NCBI RefSeq assembly: GCF_030144855.1
Contig: NC_082721.1
Coordinates: forward strand, 43,834,001 to 43,898,000
Origin: Hypanus sabinus
Lineage: Eukaryota
Length of the DNA stretch: 64,000 nucleotides
Direction: 5' to 3'
This document shows positions 40,501-51,917 of the stretch, piece after piece; the stretch's first letter is position 1, and the number at the start of each line of letters is the position of its first letter. A model generated the notes under the pieces. The model saw only the letters and a program-made list of their open reading frames with translations, did no database searches and was not told where the DNA came from. The position numbers and the translations under genes were made by a program.

Positions 40501-42900
40501 TGGCCAAACGATTAGAGGAGTTTCTACCCACACTGATACATAACGATCAGAGAGATTTTAAACAACGCCGCCAGACACAAGACAATATACGAAGGACACT
40601 TCACATTATGGATCAAATACAAAAAAAAAATAAAACTGAAGCAATAGTGATAAGTGTGGATGCTGAAAAAGCATTTAGTTCAGTTTATTGGAATTTTCTT
40701 TACAGAGTTTTACATAGATTTGCTTTCCAAGACACAATTATTTAAACTATACAGACACTGTATGAAAATCCTACTGTTAGGATTAAAATCAATGGATGTT
40801 TATCAAATAGTCTTACCCTAGAAAGGGGCACAAGACAGGGTTGTGCATGGTCACCGCTACATTTGGCTTTATATCTGGAACCATTATGTCAATACATCAG
40901 ACAAAATGAAGATATCATGGGAAATTACTGTTAAAGGTACAGAGCATGAATTGGCTTGTTATGCGGATGACATTTTGATCTATCTGGGGCAACCAACATA
41001 CTCTTTACCTAAATTGATGCAATCCTTGGATTTGTAATTGGGTCAATTACAAGGATACAAGATCACATAGATAAAACCCAAATACTTCCATATTACTATA
41101 GCCCACCAAGAGAAATTGTTAGTAGATACCCCTGGGCATGGCACATAGAGTCTTTCAAATATTTGGGCATCATTATGCCAAAAGATTTGGCAAAACTATC
41201 AGAATGTAATTATCAGCCTTTATATAAAAAAATTAAGGAAGTTGTGGCAAGTTAAAACCTGATTCCTTTTTTCAGGCTCAGTTCAAGGATTGAGTCTATT
41301 ACAATGAATATACTGCCCAGACTGTTATATCTCTTTCAGACCCTACCAATAGAGATTGATCAAAATCAATTCAATGAATGGAACAAGATGATATCAAGGT
41401 ATACTTGGCAGGGTAAAAGGCCTGGAGTTCATCTCAAAACTTTGCAGTTAGCAAAGGAAAGGGGGGATATGGCCTACCTTCTCTTAGAGATTACTATTTT
41501 GCAGCACAGTTGAGAGCAGTGATATGCTGGTGCAACCCATCATATGATGCTCAATGGAAAAACATTGAGGAGTGGGTACTTCCCATCCTCATACAAGCAA
41601 TTTTGGTTGATAACAACCTGCAAAGGTACATAAATACTACTGATAACCCATGGGTGAAATTGACACTTAACATATGGTAAACTACTATAAAAGAATATAA
41701 TCTAGAGGGAGATATTGCAATTCTAGAAATGGTGTGCATATGATTCTGATTTTACACCAAATAAATTAGATGCTAGATTTAAGGACTGTACAGCTAAAGG
41801 AATAACAGTTCTTTGCAACATAATGAAAGAAGTAACACTGTTCAGTCTTGAAAAGCTTAAAGAGAAACACTTATTACAAAACCAAGATTTTTATCAGCAT
41901 TTACAGATGCAACAATATGTTAAAAAGACGCTTAAAAATGTAACCAAGGCAAGTACATGCTTGATAGAGCTCTTTAGAAAAGCATATAATTCAGATAATG
42001 GTAGTAGAAACATTTCAAGCATGTATAAGGGGTTGTCAAATCTTAAAACAGATTCGACTTCATACATTAAAACAAAATAGGAGAAGGAAGGGGGGGGATA
42101 ATTATATCTGAGGAAGAATGGACAACAATATGGAGATATCAATGGAAGTGTACCAGTTCACAGAAATGGAGAGAGCTTGGATTGAAAAAACTTGATAAGA
42201 TATTTTACTACACCCTCTCAGAAATCCCATTATATTATTAACTTCCCTGTTTGCAGGAGAAATTGTGGAAATCAAAATGCAAATCATTATCATATTTTTT
42301 TGGGACTGCCTTGTTATCAAAGACTATTGGAGGGGGATACACAATGCCCTACAATACATCTTTAAATGTGAAATACCCTTAGAGAATAAGATCATATATT
42401 TTGGATACATACCTCAAAAATATTTGAAAAGAGATAAATATTTAATGAATATACTGTTGGTGGCTGGAAAAAAGACTCTTACTAGGAAATGGTTATCACA
42501 GGAGAGGCCAATTTTAAATACATGGCTGGAAATTACAATGGACATTTACAAAATGGAGAAGACAACAGCATCTATTAATCATAAGCTGTAACAATTTGAT
42601 TCATACTGGGAAAATGGTTTAACTACATAATGCCTGATAGGCCTGATTTTATTCTCACAAATCAATGAATATGTTGTAAAAATAAAGATGACTCCCTACT
42701 TATACATAGCTTTTTTTCCTTTTGCTTGTTTTTTCTTTCCACTCTTTTCTATAAGTGCATACCTCATGTAAATACTTTGTGGAGATTTGTGATATATGAT
42801 TATATGATGTATATGCACAATGTCTGAAATACATCTTATGGAAATGTTTGTTTGATGATGAACGACAATAAAAAAATAAATTACAAAAAATAAAAGAAAA
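37600..42900 (+). mobile_element. Near full-length decayed L1 LINE (second family)
   Basis: ORF1 C-terminus LEIERTHRAL...PRSIIIKFLRY...YFDQDY (38066-38542). APE LQKTHV...RRGVAILIS...NIYAP...GGDLN. RT segments FRPISTLN, GTRQGC and YADD. C-terminal HIIIFFWDC. A-rich tail at 42867-42900. Confidence 0.9.
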
Positions 42901-43070
42901 GAGACTGGCCTGTCCATGTATGGCAGATTGATGCCATCAGAATCACTCCACGGGTTCGACGGTGAAGCCCTTACTGAGGACAGAGTGCTCTGCCTCACAG
43001 AGCTGAGGGTCAGAGGGAATGGTAAAGACCCAGCATGGATGAGAGATGGGATCAGATGAGGGAGGGAGGC
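42900..43070 (-). mobile_element. Small Penelope-like fragment
   Basis: VFTIPSDPQLCEAEHSVLSKG matches the motif in the 1400-3130 element. Confidence 0.6.
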
Positions 43071-43405
43071 TGGTGGTGTCTCTGGAGAGGGGAGGGTTGG
43101 GGTGAGAGGAAGATAGAGCTTCTGAGGATCCAGGACTTAATGGCAGGATCTGAGGGAGTAGGGATTGCAGAGTGGTGGTGGGGGAAGGGGAGACAGGAGT
43201 CACAATTGCAGCATGTGAAGACCCAGCTTGGAGTTCAAGGCAAGAGTTGCAGTTCTCCTTCCTCCTCTTCTTACCGCATCCCTGATATATTTAGATTTTT
43301 CCTCTCCCTCTTTTTTTCTCTCTCCCTGCCCATCACTCTGCCTGTTCTCCATCTCCCTCTGTGCTCCCCTCCCCCACTTCTTTTTCCTCAGGCCTCTAGT
43401 CCCAT

Positions 43406-46400
43406 TATAACCATATAACCATATAACAATCACAGCACAGAAACAGGCCATCTCGGCCCTCCTAGTCCGTGACGAACTCATAATCTCACCTAGTCCCACC
43501 TACACGCACTCAGCCCAGAACCCTCCACTCCTTTCCTGTCCATATACCTATCCAATTTTACCTTAAATGACACAACTGAACTGGCCTCTACTACTTCTAC
43601 AGGAAGCTCATTCCACACAACTATCACTCTCTGAGTAAATAAATACCCTCTCATGTTTCCCTTAAACTTCTGCCCCCTAACTCTCAAATCATGTCCTCTC
43701 GTTTGAACCTCCCCTACTCTCAATGGAAACAGCCTATTCACGTCAACTCTATCTATCCCTCTCAAAATTTTAAATACCTCGTTCAAATCCCCCCTCAACC
43801 TTCTATGCTCCAATGAATAGAGACCTAACTTGTTCAACCTTTCTCTGTAACTTAAGTGCTGAAACCCAGGTAACATCCTAGTAAATCGTCTCTGCACTCT
43901 CTTTAATTTATTGATATCTTTCCTATAATTCGGTGACCAGAACTGCACACAATATTCTAAATTTGGCCTTACCAATGCCTTGTACAATTTTAACATTACA
44001 TCACAACTTCTGTACTCAATGCTTTGATTTATAAAGGCCAGCATTCCAAAAGCCTTTTTCACCACCCTATCTACATGAGACCACCTTCAGGGAACTATGC
44101 ACTGTTATTCCTAGATCTCTCTGTTCCTCTGCATTCCTCAATGCCCTACCATTTACCCTGTATGTTCTATTTGGATTATTCCTGCCAAAATGTAGAACCT
44201 CACACTTCTCAGCATTAAACTCCATCTGCCAACGTTCAGCCCATTCTTCTAACCGGCATAAATCTCCCTGCAAGCTTTGAAAACACACCTCATTATCCAC
44301 AACACCTCCTACCTTAGTATCATCGGCATACTTACTAATCCAATTTACCACCCCATCATCCAGATCATTTATGTATATTACAAACAACATTGGGCCCAAA
44401 ACAGATCCCTGAGGCACCCCGCTAGTCACCGGCCTCCATCCCGATAAACAATTATCCACCACTACTCTCTGGCATCTCCCATCTAGCCACTGTTGAATCC
44501 ATTTTATTACTCCAGCATTAATACCTAACGACTGAACCTTCTTAACTAACCTTCCATATGGAACTTTGTCAAAGGCTTTGCTGAAGCCCATATAGACTAC
44601 ATCCACTGCCTTACCCTCATCAACATTCCTCGTAACTTCTTCAACAAATTCAATAAGGTTTGTCAAACATGACCTTCCACGCACAAATCCATGCTGGCTA
44701 CTCCTAATCAGATCCTGTCTATCCAGATAATTATTAATACTATCTCTAAGAATACTCTTCATTAATTTACCCACCACTGATATCAAACTGACAGGTCTAT
44801 AATTGCTAGGCTTACTTCTAGAACCATTTTTAAACAATGGAACCACATGAGCAATACGCCAATCCTCCGGCACAATCCCAGTTTCTAATGACATCTTAAA
44901 GATCTCCATCAGAGCTCCTGCTATCTCTACACAAACCTCCCTCAAGGTCCTGGGGAATATCCTGTCAGGACCTGGAGATTTATCCACTTTTAAATTTCTT
45001 AAAAGCGCCAGTACTTCCAACTCTTTAATTGTCATAGGTTCCATAACTTCCTTACTTGTTTCCCACACCTTACACAATTCAATATCCTTCTCCTTAGTGA
45101 ATACCAAAGAGAAGAAATTGTTCAAAATCTCTCCCATCTCCCTCGGCTGCACACATAGCTGACCACTCTGATTCTCTAAGGGGCCAATTTTATCCCTCAC
45201 TATCCTCTTGCTTTTAATATAACTGTAGAAACCTTTCGGATTTACTTTCACCTTATTTGCCAAACCAACCTTGTATCTTCTTTTAGCTTTTCTAATCTCT
45301 TTCTTAAGATTCCTTTTACATTCTTTATATTCCTCAAGCAATTCCTTTACTCCATGCTGCATATATCTATTGTAGACATCCCTCTTTTTCTGAACCAAAT
45401 TTCTAATATCCCTTGAAAACCATGGTGCTTTCAAACCTTTAACCTTTCCTTTCAACCTAACAGGAACATAAAGATTCTGTACCCTCATAATTTCACCCTT
45501 AAATGACCTCCATTTCTCTATTCCTTCCCATAAAACAACTTGACCCAATCCACTCTCTCTAAATCCCTTCGCATCTCCTCAAAGTTAGCCTTTCTCCAAT
45601 CAAAAATCTCAACTCTAGGTCCTGTCCTGTCCTTCTCCATAATTATATTGAAGCTAATGCTATTGTGATCACTGGACCTGAAGTGCTCCCCAATGCATAC
45701 ATCTGTCAGCTGACCTATCGCATTCCCTAACAGGAGATCCAACACTGCCCCATCTCTAGTCGGTACTTCTATGTATTGTTGCAAAAAACTATCCTGCACA
45801 CATTTCACAAACTCTAAACCATCCAGCCCTTTTACAGAATGAGCTTCCCAGTCTATGTGTGGAAAATTAAAATCTCCCACAATCACCACCTTGTGTTTAC
45901 TACAAATATCTACTATCTCGTTACACATTTGCTCTTCCAACTCACGCTCCCCATTAGGTGACTTATAATACACTCCTATCTGTGTTACTACACCTTTCCC
46001 ATTCCTCAATTCCACTCAAATAGTCTCCCTAGAGGAGCTCTCTAATCTATCCTTCCAAAGCACCGCCATAAGATTTTCTCGGACAAGCAATGCAACACCT
46101 CCTCCTCTGGCCCCTCCTACTCTATCACACTTGAAGCAACTAAATCCAGGAATATTTAGTTGCCAATCACACCCTTCCTGCAACCATGTTTCACTAATAG
46201 CTACAACATCATAATTTCAGGTATCAATCCACGCTTTAAGCTCATCCACCTTTCTTACAATGCTCCCAGCATTATAATAGATACATTTAAGATACTCTCC
46301 ACCTCCTCCTCTCTTTTCATCCCTAACAATGCATTCAAATTTATTATCCTTTTCTTTCTTCTCCCTTACATCTTCGGACTGAGCGCATCCCTTCTCCATC

Positions 46401-47510
46401 ACCTGCCTTTCCTCCCTCACACACTGTCTATTTACTTGCTCTGCTGGTGAACTAACCTCCCCTCCCATAGTTTCCTCAAATTGATTCTCCCCCCCCCCCA
46501 TCTTACTAGTTTATAGTCTGCCCTGTAGCCCTAGCAAACCTCCCCGCTAGGATATTGGTCCCCCCAGGATTCAAGTGTATCCCGTCCTTCTTGAACAGGT
46601 CACGCCTGCCTCAGAAGAGGTCCCAATGATCCAGAAACTTGAATCCCTGCCCCCTGCACCAATCCCACAGCCACGCATTCATCCTCCACCTAATTCCATT
46701 TCTATTCTCACTGTCGCGTGGCACAGGCAGTAATCCCGAGATTACTACCTTTGTGGTCCTTCTTCTTAACTGCCTTCCTAACTCCCTATACTCACGTTTC
46801 AGGCCCTCTTCCCCTTTCCTACCTATGTCATTGGTACCTACATGTACCACAACCTCTGGCTCCTCACCCTCCCACTTCGCGATCAGAAACCTCCCGAACC
46901 CTGGCACCAGGGAGGCGAATTACCATCCGGGACTCCCGATCACCTCCACCGAACCGCCTGTCTGAACCCCTGACTCTCGAGTCCCCTATTACTATGGTCC
47001 TCTTTCTTCTATCGCTACCCTTCTGAGCTACAGGGCCGTCCTCTGTGCCGGAGGCCCGGCCACTGTCACTTCCACCAGGTAGGCTGTCACCCCCAACAGT
47101 ACTCAAACATGAGTACTTATTGTCAAGGGGTACAGCCGCTGGGGTACTCTCTAGTACCTGCCTCTTCCCCTTCCTTACCGTGACCCACCTATCTGCCTAC
47201 CGTGGCCCCGGAGTGACCACCTGCCTGCAACTCCTCTCAATCACCTCCTCACTCTCCCTGACCAGGCGAAGGTCATCGAGCTGCAGCTCCAGTTCCCTAA
47301 CTCAGTCCTTCAGGAGCTGAGTTCGGCGCACCTGGCACAGATGTGGACGTCCGGGAGGCTCGCTTCTTAAGGGGGCGTTCTGTTTATATCTTCCCTCCTT
47401 CCCAGGCCTCCTTCACACGCCTGCGCAGTCCCGCCTCTCAGAACTCCGATCTGAGACGCAATTGGACAATTCGAAAATGGCCGCCGCCGCACTTCCTCCA
47501 AAGCCTCACT
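43406..47510 (-). mobile_element. Young, nearly full-length CR1 LINE (SGNH-esterase ORF1 plus APE/RT ORF2, frameshifted)
   Basis: ORF1 motifs VIGDS, HVGTND and DGIH in 46570-47340. ORF2 pieces at 46217-46501, 45518-46015, 44067-45548 and 43490-44065. (AACCATAT)n tail at 43406. The GC-rich block 47356-47510 is taken as the 5' UTR, so this boundary is inferred. Confidence 0.93.
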
Positions 47511-47559
47511 GTCCTCTTCCAAAAGAGGACATTATCATTTCCCTTATCCAGCTGTGTAT

Positions 47560-47815
47560 CCCTTTTGCCAATCACCTTTCCAGTTCTTAGCTTCACCCCA
47601 CCTCCTCCGGCCTTCTCCTATCATTTTGCATTTCCCGCTTCCCCTCCTACTTTCAAATCTCTTACTGTCTTTCCTTTCAAATAGTCCTGACGAAGGGTCT
47701 CAGCCCAAAACGTCGACAGTGCTTCTTTCTATAGATGCTGCCTGGCCTGCTGCATTCCACTAGCACTTTGTGAGTGTTGCTTGAATTTCCAGCATCTGCA
47801 GCTTTCCTGGTGTTT
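47560..47815 (+). repeat. Penelope-associated terminal repeat containing a hammerhead motif (G12 to A)
   Basis: 47682-47719 reads TAGTC-CTGACGA-AGGGTCTCAGCCC-AAAAC-GTC-GACAG. Confidence 0.7.
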
Positions 47816-48610
47816 GCATATTATAGTTACTACCTGTATTTAGTTTGTATTTTGCTCTTGTATAATCTACCAAAGAGGAATCAACGGCTGGAGAGTAAGG
47901 AAAAAGTTAAAATTGATTCCTTATTAGAAAATGTTAAATGTGTAACACACAATGGGGGAGTTGTAAGATATTAGTGGAATGTGGGAATGAATTAAGAAGG
48001 GAGAGAGAGACCTGTCCACAACAATACTTGGAGAAATGAGTGTGAATACAATTCTACATCCCTGAGAGGAGATAATGGTGGAAAAGCGCTTTGTTTGTGA
48101 AAACAAAATAATTCAGCGGCGTGGTACTGTCCCACGGGAAATGATTCGGGCAAACGGACTTGAAGGATATTAACAAGGCAATTTTTTTTTACGTTCGGAT
48201 CTTTTCTTATGCTGGGTCACAACCATTGCCGGAGTTGGAAGTAGGTACAAGGACATGGAGAGAGAGCCATCCCATCCCACTCCGCCCTCCTTCCTGATCA
48301 CTTAGAAGTCTCTTTTTCTCACCTCAACAAGACCGTCTGCCCCTAGGGCTGTCTGTTTTTCTGTCGGTGTCTCACACTCTTACTCTCTCCCCAACCCCTC
48401 CTTCCCTCTCTCGTTCCCTCCTTCCCTCCCTCGCCCCCTCTTTCCCATCTGCACCAACTGCAAGACTGTAGGATTTCAGATTGCCGGACTTCCTTTGTAG
48501 GAGCCGTTCAGCCCGCACGAGTCTCCTCCCTCCTCCTGCCCAAATGAGAATGTTAAGCACATACAAGAGTAAAAGACGCAGACCCGGAAATCATTCCTGC
48601 ACTGAACATC

Positions 48611-48616
48611 TTTATT
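48611..48616 (-). terminator. Polyadenylation signal of the Ig light-chain gene
   Basis: AATAAA on the minus strand ~340 nt after the C-exon stop, followed by U/GU-rich sequence. Confidence 0.7.
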
Positions 48617-48957
48617 AGCAGTTTATGGTCGTTGCCATCCATCAGTCTGATACTGTTGAGAAATCGTTAACAGACTCATGAATAACTTCAATTAGATCCA
48701 TCCCTGGTAACAGAGAAAACAATTCACCAGCTGATATTTCTAATGATGACAAGTAACAGGCCACTTTTACCCCACGCAGCTTCTCGGAGAATGAAACGGA
48801 GAAATATCAGTCTCGGGTGCAAATATTATAACAACACAATGGAAACCACAGAACTCTGGTCAGAGTTCGGAGTACAGTGAAGAGAGTGGTAGAGGGAGGT
48901 AAAAGATGCAAAAAAAAAATCTGTTCGAAGCAAACAAGTACGAGGCCACGCGCTTTT

Positions 48958-49280
48958 CTAACAGTTGGACTGTGTGACTGTTGCGGATGTTGTCGAAGCC
49001 GCTCCTAGATTAACCACACAGGAGTATACCTTGCCACTACTCCAGTCTGTGCCGGGCACCGTCAGGTAGCTGCTGAGACTGAAGGTTCTGTCCGTGTTCC
49101 GCCTCACTGCGCTGGTTTGCACCTCACGGCTGGTCGGACTCCCGTCCACTGTCCAGCTGACAACAGGGAAGCCCACCGACAGCCTACTGACCAGGCAAAC
49201 TAAGGTGCCGGTTCCTTTAGCGGAGATCTCCTCGGCTGACGGCCCAAGCAGTTTCACTGAAGGGTCGGGGACCTGCTGAT
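48958..49280 (-). CDS. Ig light-chain constant exon (sigma-like C1 domain)
   Basis: Acceptor ctcctcttgttctcgatctAG is in phase with the J donor. Encodes DQQVPDPSVKLLGPSAEEISAKGTGTLVCLVSRLSVGFPVVSWTVDG...TFSLSSYLTV...YSC...TQSNC*, with canonical Cys-Trp-Cys and a terminal inter-chain Cys. Confidence 0.97.
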
Positions 49281-49630
49281 CTAGATCGAGAACAAGAGGA
49301 GACATGTTTCAGATCAATGAATATCTCGCGATATTTTCACAGTTGGATGTAAACGTGAGTGAAAGGTTCCAGCTTCCAAGAATGGGACCCAGGGTTTCGC
49401 TAGGGTGCAAGTCGGTGACCTCACTTCCAGCTCTTGGGATCTTACTCGGCCTGTGCCAACATTGACATGTTCCTTCCCTTTGCTCCATTCACTCATCACC
49501 AATGCGCCCCCTCCCACCCATATCACTCTCAGCTGCAATGTGAGTAAACCTATTTGTGCGTTTACCCACAGTGCGGGGCAACATGTGCGTGTCCCTGACT
49601 TTCACAGAGCTGGTTCATGGAAGTCACACT

Positions 49631-50564
49631 GTAACCATATAACCATATAACAATCACAGCACAGAAACAGGTCAAATCGGCCCTTCTAGTCCATGCCGAC
49701 CACTTACTCTCACCTAGTCCCACTGAACTGCACTTAGCCCTTAAATCTTCATTCCTTTCCTATCCATATACCTATCAAATTTTACTTTAAATGACAATAC
49801 CGAACCTGCCTCGACCACTTCTACTGGAAGTTCGTTCCACACAGCTACCACTCCCTGAGTAAAGAAATCCCCCTTTGTGTTACCCCTAAACTTTTGCCCC
49901 CTAACTCTCAACTCATGTCTTCTTGTTTGAATCTCCTCTTCTCTAAATGGAAAAGGCCTATCCACATCAACACTAACTCCCTCATAATTTTAAATACCTC
50001 TATGAAGACCCCCTCAACCTTCTGCGCTCCGAAGAATAAAAACCTTTCTCTGTAACTTAGGTGCTGAAACCCAGGTAACATTCCAGTAAATCCTCTCTGT
50101 ATTATTGATATCTTTCCTATAATTCGGTGACCAGAACTATACACAGTACTCCAAATTCGGCCTTACCAATGCCATGTACAATTTTAACATTACATCCCAA
50201 CTCCTACACTCAATGCTCTGATTTTTAAAGGCCAGCACACCAAAAGCTTTCTTCACCAACCTATCCACATGAGATTCCACCTTCAGGGAACTATGCACCA
50301 TTAAACCTAGATCACTCTGTTCTACTGCATTCTTCAATGCCCTACCATTTATCATGTATGTCCTATTTTTATGATTCCTACCAAAATGTAGCACCTCACA
50401 CTTATCAGCATTAAACTCCCTCTATCATCTTTCAGCCTGCTCTTCTAACTGGCCGAAATCTCTCTGCAAGTTTTGAAAACCTACTTTATTATACATAATG
50501 CCACCTATCTTAGTATCATCTGCATAATTACTAATTCAATTTACCACCCTATCATCCAGATCAT
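49631..50564 (-). mobile_element. 5'-truncated CR1 in the J-C intron (same sense as the Ig gene)
   Basis: (AACCATAT)n tail at 49631. Encodes LHFGRN...LVKKAFGVLAF...LYMALVRPNLEYCV, with small deletions. Confidence 0.92.
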
Positions 50565-51294
50565 CCATCATCATGACGATGTGGAAGCAATTAATGTGGG
50601 CGAAGGAAGTTGGCATTCTCCCCAGATCCGAATCTCAGGCCTGAGTCTGTGTAGCGACCGGAATCACTGAGCGGTCGTACCCCAAAAGGAGCAGTGCTCA
50701 ATTGAAAAGGTGGCAGGAGAGAGGAGGGAACGACGAGGCAATTGAATGGGAGTCTGCGGGAGTGTTCTACCCTGACCGGGAAAAATGGAATTTCAGTGAA
50801 AGTTGGAGGGAGGTTTCACGAGAGCTTCCTCATACAATAACTTGAAACTTGTAGTTCTGTTGCCTTGACAACCGTGGTCTACACAATATCCCCAGTGATA
50901 ACTCGGGCCGCATTCTGAGAAGCTGGAACCCGTCACGCTTGTTTCCAACAACTGGAGCAAAAGCGGCCAAGCGGATAGGATTGAAAGCGCGCAAACGTAG
51001 GGTTGGGCGGACAATTTCAGAAACGAAATATTAAAGTGCAGATGCCAGGGACGCAACATAGGGCTCCAGAGAGAAAACACAGCTGAAAAGAGAGCTTGTT
51101 TCAAGACGATTCACACACAACTCTATATTCACCGAACACAACTTCATCGACCCACGATACGTGGCATGACTGGATCGTAAATTTGCGTTTTCATTATCAA
51201 ATTCGCCAAGAAATAATAATGTATAAATTATTACATACCAGGTGACCTTATTCATGCAGCTAGTAATTGCAGGTGGGATTTTCCTGACACTTAC

Positions 51295-51651
51295 CTGTAA
51301 CAAAGAGCTTGGTCCCTGGGCCGAACAAGTTATAATTGCCCGATGAAACCCACTTTGCGCAGTAATAGACGGCAGCGTCATTGAGCTCCACATTTTTTAT
51401 GTTTAACTGGTAAACGGTGCCGGCGCTGTTGGCTGTCGACGTGAAACGGTCGCTGCTAAAGCCAGGCCCATAAGTCGGGGCGCTGTGCGATTGATGGTAG
51501 TACAGGATCCATTGTGGGGCTGTTCCTGGTGTCTGCTTGTACCAAAATACAGCATAGCCATCCTTTGTTCCGATGTTACATTCCAGCGCAGCCTTGGCTC
51601 CTGGACTCACCGACACGGTCGGAGGCTGAGTCAGAGTCTCGGATTCTCCGG
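51295..51651 (-). CDS. Ig light-chain pre-joined V-J exon (sigma-like)
   Basis: Acceptor tttttttttacAG and donor G|GTAAGT. Encodes SGESETLTQPPTVSVSPGAKAALEC...WYKQTPGTAPQWILYYHQSHSAPTYGPGFSSDRFTS...DAAVYYCAKWVSSGNYNLFGPGTKLFVT. No heptamer or nonamer lies between YYC and FGPG. Confidence 0.97.
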
Positions 51652-51757
51652 CTGTAAAAAAAAACAGGACTTCAACATTAACCTTTGACTCTATAACATG
51701 ACTCCTACAGCCCACATCAACAACCGCTGGCGGTGCAGACATGCTGTCTGTACTTAC

Positions 51758-51806
51758 AGCCCAGCCACATAGCCAGAGACCAGAAAAAGCACAACGTCCG
51801 TATCAT
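51758..51806 (-). CDS. Ig light-chain leader exon
   Basis: ATG at 51806 encodes MIRTLCFFWSLAMWLG. The donor T|GTAAGT begins a 106-bp phase-1 intron that joins the V exon in frame. Confidence 0.92.
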
Positions 51807-51882
51807 TGCTGTCCGTCAGCTTCCTACGTCCCTTCAGCCGATGGATCCGTGACAGACTGTGGCTGCCGTCGCCAATGGTACC

Positions 51883-51890
51883 TATTTATA
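51883..51890 (-). promoter_or_regulatory. TATA box of the Ig light-chain promoter
   Basis: TATAAATA ~80 bp upstream of the ATG. Confidence 0.8.
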
Positions 51891-51917
51891 GAGCCGTTCA
51901 TACCAGGGAGGAAACCC

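Noticed and set aside
49567-49573. CACAGTG in the J-C intron as an intron RSS
   Set aside because: No nonamer at 12 or 23 nt, and about eight lone heptamers are expected by chance in this window.
51260-51742. ORF-track start MSAPPAVVDVG... as the real N-terminus
   Set aside because: That segment is leader-intron read-through. The true ATG is at 51806 with canonical splice sites.
48958-51806. Ig gene as a processed retrocopy of a rearranged mRNA
   Set aside because: It retains both introns and the native octamer/TATA promoter, with no polyA tail or TSD.
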